In this document: one piece after another, positions 38,999 through 48,809 of the stretch
How the letters are laid out: every line of letters starts with the position of its first letter
How positions within the stretch are numbered: position 1 is the stretch's first letter
Assembly (NCBI GenBank): GCA_044070495.1
Contig: JBIPSI010000009.1
Location: forward strand, 64,001 to 128,000
Direction: 5' to 3'
Source: Spirulina sp.
GTDB lineage: Bacteria > Cyanobacteriota > Cyanobacteriia > Phormidesmidales > Phormidesmidaceae
DNA: 64,000 nucleotides
Program-made: the position numbers and the translations under genes
The notes under the pieces: model-generated
What the model saw: only the letters and a program-made list of their open reading frames with translations
What the model was told of the DNA's origin: nothing
Databases searched by the model: none

Positions 38999-40375
38999 TT
39001 AGGCGCTGAGGGGCCTTTCCATGAGGGAAACTCGATATTGGGAGGCCCAGGCATCTAGATCTGCTAACCCCCGGTCGCGATACTGGCCGTAGCGTTCGCG
39101 CTTATTGCGAATTTTGCTGGGCAGGGCGGGCAAAATGCCAAAGTTGGGCGGCATGGGCTGAAAGTGCTTGGGTTCCGCCGTGCTGATGAAGTCGAACAAT
39201 GCCCCCATCATGGTGGTGACGGGCAGCTCCAGAGGTTCTAACCCCAGGGCCAGTCGCGCCGCATTGGTACCCGCCAGCCAGCCCCCCGCCGTGGCGGCGG
39301 TATAGCCCTCGGTGCCCACCAGTTGCCCCGCCGCCAGTAGGGTGGGCCGGGTTTTGAACTGAAGGGTGCGGTGCAGTAACTCAGGAGAGTTGATAAAGGT
39401 GTTGCGGTGCATCACGCCCATGCGGACGAATTCGGCGTTTTCTAGGCCCGGAATCAGCCGAAACACCCGCGTCTGTTCGCCCCAGCGCAGGTTAGTCTGA
39501 AAGCCCACCATGTTCCACAACTGGCCCTGGCGATCCTCCTGGCGCAGTTGCACCACGGCGTAGGGCTTTTTGTCTTTGTTATTGGGATCTTTGAAATCCC
39601 CGAACCGCGCATCAAACAGCCCCACGGGTTTGAGGGGGCCGTAGCGCATGGTGTCTTCCCCTCGGCGGGCCATTTCTTCGATGGGCAGGCAGGCTTCAAA
39701 GAACTTGGCGGTTTCGCGCTCAAAGTCCTTCAGTTCCGCCTGTTCGGCCTTGCAGAGTTCCGTCCAAAAATGAAGGTACTGCTCCCGGTTCATGGGGCAG
39801 TTCAGGTAGGCGGCCTCGCCCCGGTCGTAGCGGGAGGCCATGAAGGCCACGTCGCGGTTGATGCTGTCGCCCACCACAATGGGGCTGGCGGCATCGAAAA
39901 AGCTCATGTAGGCCTGCCCGGTGAACCGTTGCAAGTCTTCGGCTAGGGATTCCGTGGTCAGGGGGCCAGTGGTCAGCACCGTAATGCCCTCGGTCGGAAT
40001 CTGGTGCACCTCCTCCCGCCGCAGTTCAATCAGGGGATGACGTTCTAGGGTGGTGGTGAGGTCGTGGCTAAAGTGGCCCCGATCCACCGCCAGGGCACCC
40101 CCCGCTGGCACCTGGTGCTCGTCGGCCTTGGCAATAATCACCGACCCCAGCCGCCGCAGTTCCTCATGGAGCAACCCCGACGCCCGATCCGTAGCCTGGG
40201 CACCAAAGGAATTGCTGCACACCAGTTCCGCTACCTCCTGGCTGTGGTGGGCCGGAGAGGTGCGCTGGGGCCGCATTTCGTGGAGCACGACAGGTATCCC
40301 CGCCTGGGCAATTTGCCAGGTGGCTTCGGTGCCCGCAAGGCCGCCGCCAATCACATGAATCGGTTGAGTTGCCAT
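38999..40375 (-). CDS. trmFO: Methylenetetrahydrofolate--tRNA-(uracil-5-)-methyltransferase
   Basis: [46 protein letters not shown]. Confidence 0.97.
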   Translation of the reverse strand: MATQPIHVIGGGLAGTEATWQIAQAGIPVVLHEMRPQRTSPAHHSQEVAELVCSNSFGAQATDRASGLLHEELRRLGSVIIAKADEHQVPAGGALAVDRGHFSHDLTTTLERHPLIELRREEVHQIPTEGITVLTTGPLTTESLAEDLQRFTGQAYMSFFDAASPIVVGDSINRDVAFMASRYDRGEAAYLNCPMNREQYLHFWTELCKAEQAELKDFERETAKFFEACLPIEEMARRGEDTMRYGPLKPVGLFDARFGDFKDPNNKDKKPYAVVQLRQEDRQGQLWNMVGFQTNLRWGEQTRVFRLIPGLENAEFVRMGVMHRNTFINSPELLHRTLQFKTRPTLLAAGQLVGTEGYTAATAGGWLAGTNAARLALGLEPLELPVTTMMGALFDFISTAEPKHFQPMPPNFGILPALPSKIRNKRERYGQYRDRGLADLDAWASQYRVSLMERPLSA

Positions 40376-40529
40376 GGTCAATGGTCACGAAAATTTTGAG
40401 TTTAGCTTTCCTAGCATAGCGACTTCTCGGCAATCGCCCCAGGTATTCGTCAGCGGCAGATGGCGAGGGACAGAACCTGGTCTTTCCTAGACCGGTTCCG
40501 GCTAGACTAGGGCTGATCGCTGTTTCTGC

Positions 40530-41405
40530 ATGGGCTTTGCCACCATGGGCCTGAGTTCGCCCGATTGTTACGCCATTCGCCACCTGCTGACGGTCTGTGG
40601 CGACTATGCCCGCCAGCAGTCTTACATGGGTTTTCAGGTGTTTGAAAAAGGGCTAGATGACTACGTCACTACGGTAGATCGGGCCTTGGATGCCAAGCTT
40701 TTGGCTGGGTTTCAGGCCTTGTTTCCGCAAGACGGAATTATTACCGAGGAAAATCGGGCCACGGTGCACCAGCTACAAGCGCCCCAGCGGCGGCTGTGGT
40801 TCATTGACCCCATCGACGGCACCGATGATTTTATCCACGGACGGGCCGACTATGCGGTGATGGTGGGGCAATTGGTGGATGGCCATCCCCAGGCGGGCTG
40901 GATCTACGCCCCCGCCCACGGCAAGCTCTATTGGGGAGGCCAAGGCCAAGGGCTGTTTTGGCAGGGGGCCGATGGAACGCCCCACCGGTTGCCCCCCGTG
41001 AACCCTCCCCTCATCTCTGGCCAGCGCTGGAATTTGGTGATCGGCACTCCGGATCGGCGGCGGTTTGGGGCCGATCTGATGGCTCAGCTACCGGGGGTGT
41101 CCTTTGTCTCCCTAGGCAGCTTTGGCCTCAAGGTGTTGCAGGTGATCACCGGAAATGCGGGGCTGTATATCTATCTCAATGGTCGGGTCAAGCTTTGGGA
41201 CACCGTTGGCCCCCTGGCCCTGGCCCACGCCGCCGGACTGGTGTGTTGCGACCTAGCGGGAAATCCCCTCCAGTTTACCGAACCCCATGTGGATGGCGAG
41301 ACCGTGGCCCACCGTCAGCCCATTGTGGTGGGGTGGCCCCAGTATGTGGAAGCGTTTCGGCCCACCATTCAGCGAGTGGTGGCCGCCGCCCAGACCGTGG
41401 CCTAA
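40530..41405 (+). CDS. Inositol monophosphatase/CysQ family phosphatase
   Basis: DYVT.VD, TEE, WFIDPIDGT, KLWDTVG. Confidence 0.9.
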   Translation: MGFATMGLSSPDCYAIRHLLTVCGDYARQQSYMGFQVFEKGLDDYVTTVDRALDAKLLAGFQALFPQDGIITEENRATVHQLQAPQRRLWFIDPIDGTDDFIHGRADYAVMVGQLVDGHPQAGWIYAPAHGKLYWGGQGQGLFWQGADGTPHRLPPVNPPLISGQRWNLVIGTPDRRRFGADLMAQLPGVSFVSLGSFGLKVLQVITGNAGLYIYLNGRVKLWDTVGPLALAHAAGLVCCDLAGNPLQFTEPHVDGETVAHRQPIVVGWPQYVEAFRPTIQRVVAAAQTVA

Positions 41406-41679
41406 GTCGGTCAGCAACATGTTGATTAGGATGGTGTAAATCTTGCCCTAACGCCTTCAAGCCTCGACCAGCATGGGTTACGCTCCGCCAACCTGTCCCA
41501 CAAACGGATCCTTCGCTGTGGGGGGGGATGGCGTCGGATCACCTGGGGATCGGTTTCGGTAACTGGCAGGGCACAATAGGAGAAGAGATCCGGGTGTCTC
41601 AGCCGCTACTATGAAAATAGTCCTTGGCGCTTCGCTCGATTGCTTTCCTGTTCCATCGTCGCTCCTTCGTTTGTCTGCT

Positions 41680-42363
41680 ATGCAGCCCGACACTTTTACC
41701 GAGCTTTATCCCCTCTTTAGTGCCGCCAGTCCTGAAACCGTGGAATGGTTGCTTTCTGTGGCTACCCACCACGAATACCCCGCCAACCGCGCCGTGGTCA
41801 TGGAAGATGCCTGGGGCAATGCGGTCTACTTCATCGAGGCGGGCTGGGTGAAGGTGCGCCGCCATGTGGATGATCACTTCATTACCCTCGCCGTGCTGGG
41901 CAAGGGAGACTTTTTTGGGGAGATGGCCATCCTAGACGAGTCGCCCCGATCCACCGATGTGGTGGCCCTGACCGCCGTTAAGCTGACCAGTATTTCCGCC
42001 CAGCGCTTTATCCAAACGCTGTTTAAAGATTCTCAACTGCATCACCGCCTGCTGCAACTGATGGTGCAGCGACTGCGCCAGAGCAACCTGCGTCTGCAAC
42101 TGCGCCAGCAGCCCCCCGCCGTAAAATTAGCCAATACCCTGGTAGCCCTCCAGGAAGCCTACGGCCAACCCGTGGAAACAGGCATTGAGCTATTGGCCAT
42201 GAGCGATCAAGATCTGGCGGATCTCTCGGACATTACCGCCGAAGAGGCCAGCAAAATTATGGCTAAGCTGATGGAAAAGGGATGGATTGACCAAGACCAA
42301 GACCACGTTGCCCTCATCCTCAAGGCCCCAAAACAGATCGCTCATCTGGCGGGCCGACGGTAG
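41680..42363 (+). CDS. Crp/Fnr family cNMP-binding protein
   Basis: GDFFGEMAILDESPRSTDV cNMP pocket and a C-terminal winged-helix-like region. Confidence 0.88.
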   Translation: MQPDTFTELYPLFSAASPETVEWLLSVATHHEYPANRAVVMEDAWGNAVYFIEAGWVKVRRHVDDHFITLAVLGKGDFFGEMAILDESPRSTDVVALTAVKLTSISAQRFIQTLFKDSQLHHRLLQLMVQRLRQSNLRLQLRQQPPAVKLANTLVALQEAYGQPVETGIELLAMSDQDLADLSDITAEEASKIMAKLMEKGWIDQDQDHVALILKAPKQIAHLAGRR

Positions 42364-42372
42364 CGCCCAGAT

Positions 42373-42771
42373 CTAGGATCTGAGGGCCAGTTGGGGCAGC
42401 CCCCGCATCAAAATGTCCGTCACCGAAATCACCCCCAGCAGACGACCATGTTTGACCACGGGTGCCCGATGCAGCCCCGTTTCCGACAGCACCCTAGAGG
42501 CTTCTTGCACCGTGAGCTCTGGCGTTAGGGCAATGCAGGGCTGATGCATGATGTCCTGGACAATCACCCGCTCTGGATCGTGGCCACGGGCCACCACGGT
42601 ATAGACAATGTCCCGCTCGGTGATCATGCCGTAGGGCATACCGCCGTGGCGACGCTCTACCAACAACGACCGCACCTGCCGCCGCTGCATCAGGTCAATG
42701 GCCTCCGCCACCGTTGCGCTACTGACAATCAACAGGACGTCCGTTGTCATAATATCGGTCACGGTCAGCAT
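42373..42771 (-). CDS. CBS domain pair protein
   Basis: VTDIMT, GMITERDI, GVISVTDI. Confidence 0.9.
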   Translation of the reverse strand: MLTVTDIMTTDVLLIVSSATVAEAIDLMQRRQVRSLLVERRHGGMPYGMITERDIVYTVVARGHDPERVIVQDIMHQPCIALTPELTVQEASRVLSETGLHRAPVVKHGRLLGVISVTDILMRGLPQLALRS

Positions 42772-42892
42772 AGGAATATCTCCAGAAAAGCGCGATCTTA
42801 GGTAGGCAAAAGGTCTGTAAGGGCTGTGGAACTCAGATTCCCGCCCAGCGAATCAGGCCATCAGGCTGGGGTCAGAGGCCATAGCTCAGATT

Positions 42893-42906
42893 GTAGCGAT
42901 GTTTAC
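42893..42906. promoter_or_regulatory. Possible NtcA box GTA-N8-TAC upstream of the CBS gene
   Basis: GTAgcgatgttTAC overlaps a minus-strand TACAAT -10 element at 42890-42895. Confidence 0.4.
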
Positions 42907-43017
42907 CGATCTGGCTCAGCCCAGCCCCCTGCACCCACCTTCTATGGTGGCGGACAGAGCGCCCTACCCTACCAATTTCTGTAGCTTTTCTTAAGATTAC
43001 GGCCTTAGCCGATAGCC

Positions 43018-44193
43018 CTACTTCAGCCAACCCTTCAGCCGAGAGGCCACCTGGGGCCGCCGCAGTTTGCGCATGGCCTTGGTTTGAATTTGGCGCACCC
43101 GTTCCCGCGACAGGTTGAAAATTCCGCCCACTTCCTCTAGGGTATGGGTCTCGCCAGTGGCAAGGCCGTAGCGCAGGGCAATAATGTCCTTTTCGCGCTC
43201 GGTCAACACCTCAGCGAGGACGCTGGTAATCTCCTGGCGCATCATGTTTTCGCTGATCTGAGACTCCGGCGATTGGGTGCGGCTATCCTCTAGCAGCTCC
43301 ATTAATTCGGTATCTTCGCCCTTACCTACTCGGTGATTTAAGGAAAGGGAACGGCGGCGCACCTGCTGCAAACTTCTGAGCTGATCCACCGTCACATCCA
43401 GGACATCAGCCAACTCCTGTTCGGTGGGATTTCGCTGGAGATCGCGACGCAGATCTCGGTGGGCTTTCTTGAGTTTATTCAGCTTTTCAACGATGTGAAT
43501 CGGCAACCGAATGGTACGGGCATCGTTGGCAATGGTGCGGGTAATTCCCTGGCGGATCCACCAGTAGGCATAGGTGGAGAATTTGTAGCCCTTATCGGGG
43601 TCAAATTTTTCCGTGGCTCGGTTTAATCCTAGGGCACCTTCCTGAATTAAATCCAGGAAAGGAACCCCACGATTAAGATAGCGTTTGGCGATGGAAACCA
43701 CCAGGCGCAAATTTGACCGAATCATTCGTCGTTTTGCGGCTAGCCCATCGTGAAGCTTCTGGCTAAATTCTCGGTCGGTAAGGTTGAGTTTAGCCAGCAT
43801 TTCTTGGCGCGTAGGCTTACGGCCTAATTCCTTGCTCAGCTTCTCGCTAACGCTGTCTACCTTGGCCAAAAAGCGCACCTGGCGAGCCAACTCGATCTCT
43901 TCACTAGGCTCTAGGAGCGGATAGCGGGCCATCTCCTTAAAAAAGGCTCCTACGGCGTCATCGCTGAGGGTTTTGCTGTAGCCAGAGATCCCCATTTCCG
44001 ATAGCTCGCTGGCCTGGGTAAACTTGGCCAACACCTCTCGGTCTTCCTCCCAGGCAACCTGATCAGGGGTGAACTCTTCTTCCCCCAGGGAGGGTTTTTC
44101 GGTGGTTCGAGTAAAATCGCTGGAAAACTCGTCCAGGGAGTGCCCTGGCCAACCAATAGAACTGTCTGTGCTGGAGTTAAATGTAGTGGTCAT
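43018..44193 (-). CDS. sigC: Group 2 RNA polymerase sigma factor, SigC-like
   Basis: DAVGAFFKEMARYPLL, NLRLVVSIAK, DLIQEG, KFSTYAYWWIRQ, SLNHRVGKGEDTEL. Confidence 0.85.
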   Translation of the reverse strand: MTTTFNSSTDSSIGWPGHSLDEFSSDFTRTTEKPSLGEEEFTPDQVAWEEDREVLAKFTQASELSEMGISGYSKTLSDDAVGAFFKEMARYPLLEPSEEIELARQVRFLAKVDSVSEKLSKELGRKPTRQEMLAKLNLTDREFSQKLHDGLAAKRRMIRSNLRLVVSIAKRYLNRGVPFLDLIQEGALGLNRATEKFDPDKGYKFSTYAYWWIRQGITRTIANDARTIRLPIHIVEKLNKLKKAHRDLRRDLQRNPTEQELADVLDVTVDQLRSLQQVRRRSLSLNHRVGKGEDTELMELLEDSRTQSPESQISENMMRQEITSVLAEVLTEREKDIIALRYGLATGETHTLEEVGGIFNLSRERVRQIQTKAMRKLRRPQVASRLKGWLK

Positions 44194-45977
44194 AGGAGTC
44201 AATAAAACTGTATGGCTACAGGTTTGAAGCATGTATATCGGGTTGCCAAATCAGTGACAGACCCTTCCACTAACTTTCAGCCTGTGGGGAACGTTTGAGA
44301 GGAATAATTTTGTGAGTCCACAATACGCACTTTTCTGGAAATTCCTAGGCAATGTAACATTTCTTCGTGGTTCTGCGTAGTGTAGCAAGCTTTGTCAATT
44401 TTGCAAGGGAATTTCCAAGAAAATCCTGCGTTGTCCCAATGATCTCCTATCGCTGATATCTCCTTATCTATGGACACGAAAAACCAACCTACGCGTTGAC
44501 ATGAACGCTAGGCTTTCGGGGCTAGAGGGCTAGCCCAAATTCTAGGAACCCCTAGGTGACCCCAGCCTTTAAACTGGCATTACACCCAGAACAATTGCCC
44601 CAATGGCTCAGCCCCGTATCCAACCCATGTTCCATTCACCCAGTTGGGTCAATGTTTTAGTTGACTACGGAGGACAACCCGACATCTATACCTATCGCCT
44701 GCCCGATCACCTAACGGTGGAAGCGGGCGATATTCTAACGGTGCCCTTTGGGTCGCAACAGGTGGGGGCCATTGCCCTGTCCCTGCTGACCACACCACCG
44801 CCTCATCTCAGCCCCGACCAAATTCGGGGGGTGGAGGGAGTGGTGGAGAAACGTTTTTTTGCACCGCCCTACTGGACGCTGCTGCAACGGGTGGCCGAAC
44901 GATACCAAACCCCCTTAGTACAGGTGCTTAGAACGGCTTTGCCACCGGGGTTGCTGGCGCGATCCCAGCGTCGGTTGCGGCTGTGTCCCGAACGCATCCC
45001 CTCCCAGGTTGACGGGTCATTGTCGCCCGCCTTAATCACTCTTTTGGAGACCCTGCGTCGTTCAGCCACGGGTGATTATACATGGCAATATCTAAAACGG
45101 CACGGAAATTCTTACCGATCTATCCAACAATTGATGCAACTGGGCTGGGCCGAGTCTTATTTAGCTCCACCCCAGCCACCCAAACCCCAGCAACGACAGG
45201 CGGTTACCCTGGTAGCGGAGGTTGTGGATGCCGCTGACCTCACGCCCCGTCAGGCGGAAATTTTGGCCATCCTCAAGCGCCACGGCGGCGACCTGTGGCT
45301 CAGCGATGCTCTACAACGGTGTCAAACCACCAGCGCCACCCTGAAACGCCTGGCCCAAAAGGGCTATCTGGACATTGCCCCCCGCGAACGGCTACGTGCC
45401 GAGACTGGCCCCGCCCTAACTGGCGACCAGCCCAAGGCGTTGACCCCCACCCAGGCCCAGGTGCTAGCGACGATTACCCAAACCCAAGCAGCGGCCCAGT
45501 TTTTGCTCCATGGGGTGACGGGGTCGGGTAAAACCGAGGTCTATCTTCAGGCCATTGCGCCCCGGTTGGCGGCGGGGCAATCCGCCTTGGTGCTGGTGCC
45601 GGAAATTGGCCTTACCCCCCAACTGACGGATCGCTTTCGGCGGCGGTTTGGATCCCAAGTTTGCGTGTACCATAGTGGCCTCAGCGATGGCGAACGCTAC
45701 GACACCTGGCGACAATGCCTGCAACCGGGGAATCCTCTGGTGATTGTGGGCACCCGGTCGGCCATTTTTCTGCCCCTGCACCACCTAGGGCTGATCGTCC
45801 TCGACGAAGAGCACGATGGCAGCTACAAACAGGACGTGACCCCCTGCTACCACGCCCGCACCGTGGCCCAGTGGCGGGCCGAACTGGAAAACTGTCCCCT
45901 CATCCTTGGCTCCGCCACCCCTTCCTTAGAAACCTGGGTGCAATGCCATCCTGAGTTTCGAGATTCAGATATCGGTG

Positions 45978-46015
45978 TTCAAAATTCAAAATTCAAAATT
46001 CAAAGTTCAAAATTC
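45978..46015. repeat. Heptamer tandem TTCAAAA x5 (STRR-like) inside priA
   Basis: Read directly; one copy is TTCAAAG. Confidence 0.9.
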
Positions 46016-46061
46016 AGTTCCCCCCAATCCCCCATTGCCGATTCTCGACGGCCCATGCTTC

Positions 46062-46119
46062 AGGGCGAGGTGACCTCGCCCCTACCCCACGCCCCACGCC
46101 CCACGCCCCACGCCCCACG
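46062..46119. repeat. REP-like hairpin (46062-46085) followed by CCCCACG x5 (46085-46119) inside priA
   Basis: Read directly. Confidence 0.9.
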
Positions 46120-47346
46120 TCCCTCCCCGCCACCTATCTGTCGTTGCCCCAGCGAATTCAGGCTCGGCCCATGCCCAAGGTCGAAGTGATCGACATGAGG
46201 GATGAACTGTACCAGGGCAATCGCAGTATTTTCAGTCGGCAGCTTCAGGATGCCCTCACGGAAATGAAGGCCCAGGGGCAGCAGGGGCTATTGTTCATCC
46301 ATCGGCGGGGGCACAGTAGTTTTGTGTCTTGCCGCAGTTGTGGCCTGGTGATGATGTGTCCCCACTGCGATGTGTCCTTGTCCTACCATCAGCCCCACGC
46401 CCACAGCGCCATGACCCTACGCTGCCACTACTGCGGCCACCAGCAGGGCCATCCCCGCCATTGTCCCGACTGTGGGTCGCCCTACCTGAAGCACTTTGGC
46501 AGCGGTACCCAGCGGGTGGTGAATGCCCTGGCGGAACAGTTCCCCGATCTAAGCTGCATCCGGTTTGACAGCGACACCACCCGCACCAAAGGAGCCCACC
46601 GTGCCCTGTTAACCCGCTTTGCTGAGGGGGAGGCCGATGTGTTGGTGGGCACCCAAATGTTGACCAAGGGCATTGATCTACCCCAGGTGACGTTGGTGGG
46701 CATCATCGCCGCCGATGGACTGTTGTATATGAATGACTATTGGGCCAGCGAACGGGCCATGCAGGTGTTGATCCAGGTGGCAGGGCGGGCGGGGCGAGGC
46801 GATCAACCGGGCCAGGTACTGCTGCAAACCTACACCCCCGAACACCCCGTCATCGAAGCGGTGACCCACCATGCCTACAAACCTTTCATCACCGCCGAGT
46901 GGGAGCAGCGTCAGTTGTTGCAGTATCCCCCGGCGGGTCAATTGGTGCTGCTGCGGCTCAGCAGTTTCGAGGCCCAAACCGTGCAGCGGGTGGCCCAGGA
47001 AATCGCCCAGCGTCTGGATGCCCTACTGAAGGATCTGCCCCACACTCGCCTTGGCCCTGCCCCCGCCCCCATCCTGCGGGTGGCGCGTCGCTTTCGCTGG
47101 CAGATTTTGCTGAAGTTTCCCCCAGGGCAACCCCTACCAAATCTGCAACCCCTGCGGGAGGCCTGTCCCACCCCGGTGAGTTTGACCATTGATGTGGATC
47201 CGCTCAATTTGGCTTAGCACCAGACCCTTGGAGCAAGCCCAAATTGAGCCGACGGAAAGAATGCCGTGGCGACCATCGCCCCTATCGCCCGCCCTTAAGC
47301 GCCTACAGTCATGCTGTCTACCTAATGTTGTCCTCCTAGGTGCCCC

Positions 47347-48357
47347 CTATCGCCTATGCAAGGTTTGAGAAGGCGATTCACCAAAGAGCTGTTTGTAGTC
47401 CTTAGAAAAGTGGCCCAGACTTAGAAAGCCCCACTGGTGGGCAATCTGAGCAACCGTTTCGGGTTTGGGATCGGTGTGGAGCAACGCCCGACGAATGCCG
47501 TGGAGGCGCTGCACCTTGACAAAGGCCATCGGCCCCATGCCCAACATGTCTTGAAATCCGTATTGTAAGGATCGCTGACTCGCACAAACGGCCTGACAAA
47601 GTTGGGCCAAGGTTAGGGGTTGATCCAGGTGATCCATGATGTAGGCTTTGGCCGTTGCAACCAAGGTGGCGCGGCGGTAGGGTCGGGGCGTATTCGCTCG
47701 ACAGGGCGAGGGCAGGGCATCAATGAGTAGCGGCATTAAGTCTTGTTCGATCAGGGTGGCGGCATGGGGTGCATGATGCCAGGTTGTGACCGTTTTGGCC
47801 TGAAAAAGCTGGTGAAGATAGGCTTTTAGGGAAGCAACGCCATCAAGGGTAGAGGCCACCATATTGCTGTGGAGAAAGGCATCGTCTAAATCATAGCGGT
47901 TGGCCAGGGCGGCATAATGTTCAAATAAGGTGCTTGAAACTTCGATATGGCACTGATCTTGCCCTTCTGGGGATGTGATGAGATGGGCAGATCGCTGCCG
48001 ATCAAAGCCAAAAATGGCATTATCAATCAATAGTTTATCGTGGCTAAAAGTGGGTGGTGATGGCCTATTTAGCAAGACAGCAAAAATTAGGCGACTGGGA
48101 TCCTTATCGCCAACAACCTGAATCGATTGATTGATTTGATATCGATTGATATTGAGTTCTGAGTTGACGATCCAGGAGGCAATTTGGCCTTGAAAGATGC
48201 CTCGACTCAGTTGGGTTAGCTGTAGTCCGCTGGGAGCGATAACTTCACCGAAATGATCCACGTCATTGAACGTAGCGACTCTGTAGTGAGGTGAGCTAAC
48301 GGCTAACCGCTCGGATGATGGCTTGTTATTATCTGAAGCTGATCGGTGTTCGTCCAT
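47347..48357 (-). CDS. AraC family transcriptional regulator
   Basis: C-terminal LTLAQLCQAVCASQRSLQYGF..GPMAF..RL..IAHQWGFLSLGHFSKDYKQLFGESPS. Confidence 0.93.
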   Translation of the reverse strand: MDEHRSASDNNKPSSERLAVSSPHYRVATFNDVDHFGEVIAPSGLQLTQLSRGIFQGQIASWIVNSELNINRYQINQSIQVVGDKDPSRLIFAVLLNRPSPPTFSHDKLLIDNAIFGFDRQRSAHLITSPEGQDQCHIEVSSTLFEHYAALANRYDLDDAFLHSNMVASTLDGVASLKAYLHQLFQAKTVTTWHHAPHAATLIEQDLMPLLIDALPSPCRANTPRPYRRATLVATAKAYIMDHLDQPLTLAQLCQAVCASQRSLQYGFQDMLGMGPMAFVKVQRLHGIRRALLHTDPKPETVAQIAHQWGFLSLGHFSKDYKQLFGESPSQTLHRR

Positions 48358-48809
48358 ACGTCAAAGATGCAAGCCAAGTCTTAATGAGGAGACATTCCTC
48401 ACTCCTTAGCACAAAAAAATAGGATTGTTATAGGAAAGACGCTGGTTGGCTGCTGGTTGACTGACAAAACTTGCTAGAACCCATATTCGTCACAGGGGCA
48501 GGTTGCCTGATTTTTTGGCGCACCGGGCTGTTGGCAGAGTTTGATAGTCCATTAGAGGCGATGTAAGCAAGTTGGCTTTTGCCACTCATAAAGGACTTCT
48601 GCAAAAAAGAAAGAATCCGTCCACAAACTTGCGTTTTTTGAATAGTGGAAGGGGTATTAAACCTGAAATCTATGTAGTTTTGTTCTGAGGTATTGTTCGG
48701 ACTCTCCCTAGGGATATAGCATCATCGCGCCAGCTATTTTGGCGGTACGTTGCCTGTTCTCTCTGTATTTGTTGTGTTGGTGTAGCGAATCATACTGGTG
48801 TAGTAAACT

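Larger units (their letters stand above)
44603..47217 (+). pseudogene. priA: Primosomal protein N' (PriA), split by a frameshift within a repeat-derived insertion
   Basis: The 44603 frame has GVTGSGKTE, VPEIGLTPQ, DEEHD and GSATPS; the 46144 frame has YLSLPQRI, HRRG, CxxC zinc motifs and QVAGRAGR; the frames differ across 45955-46140. Confidence 0.9.
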
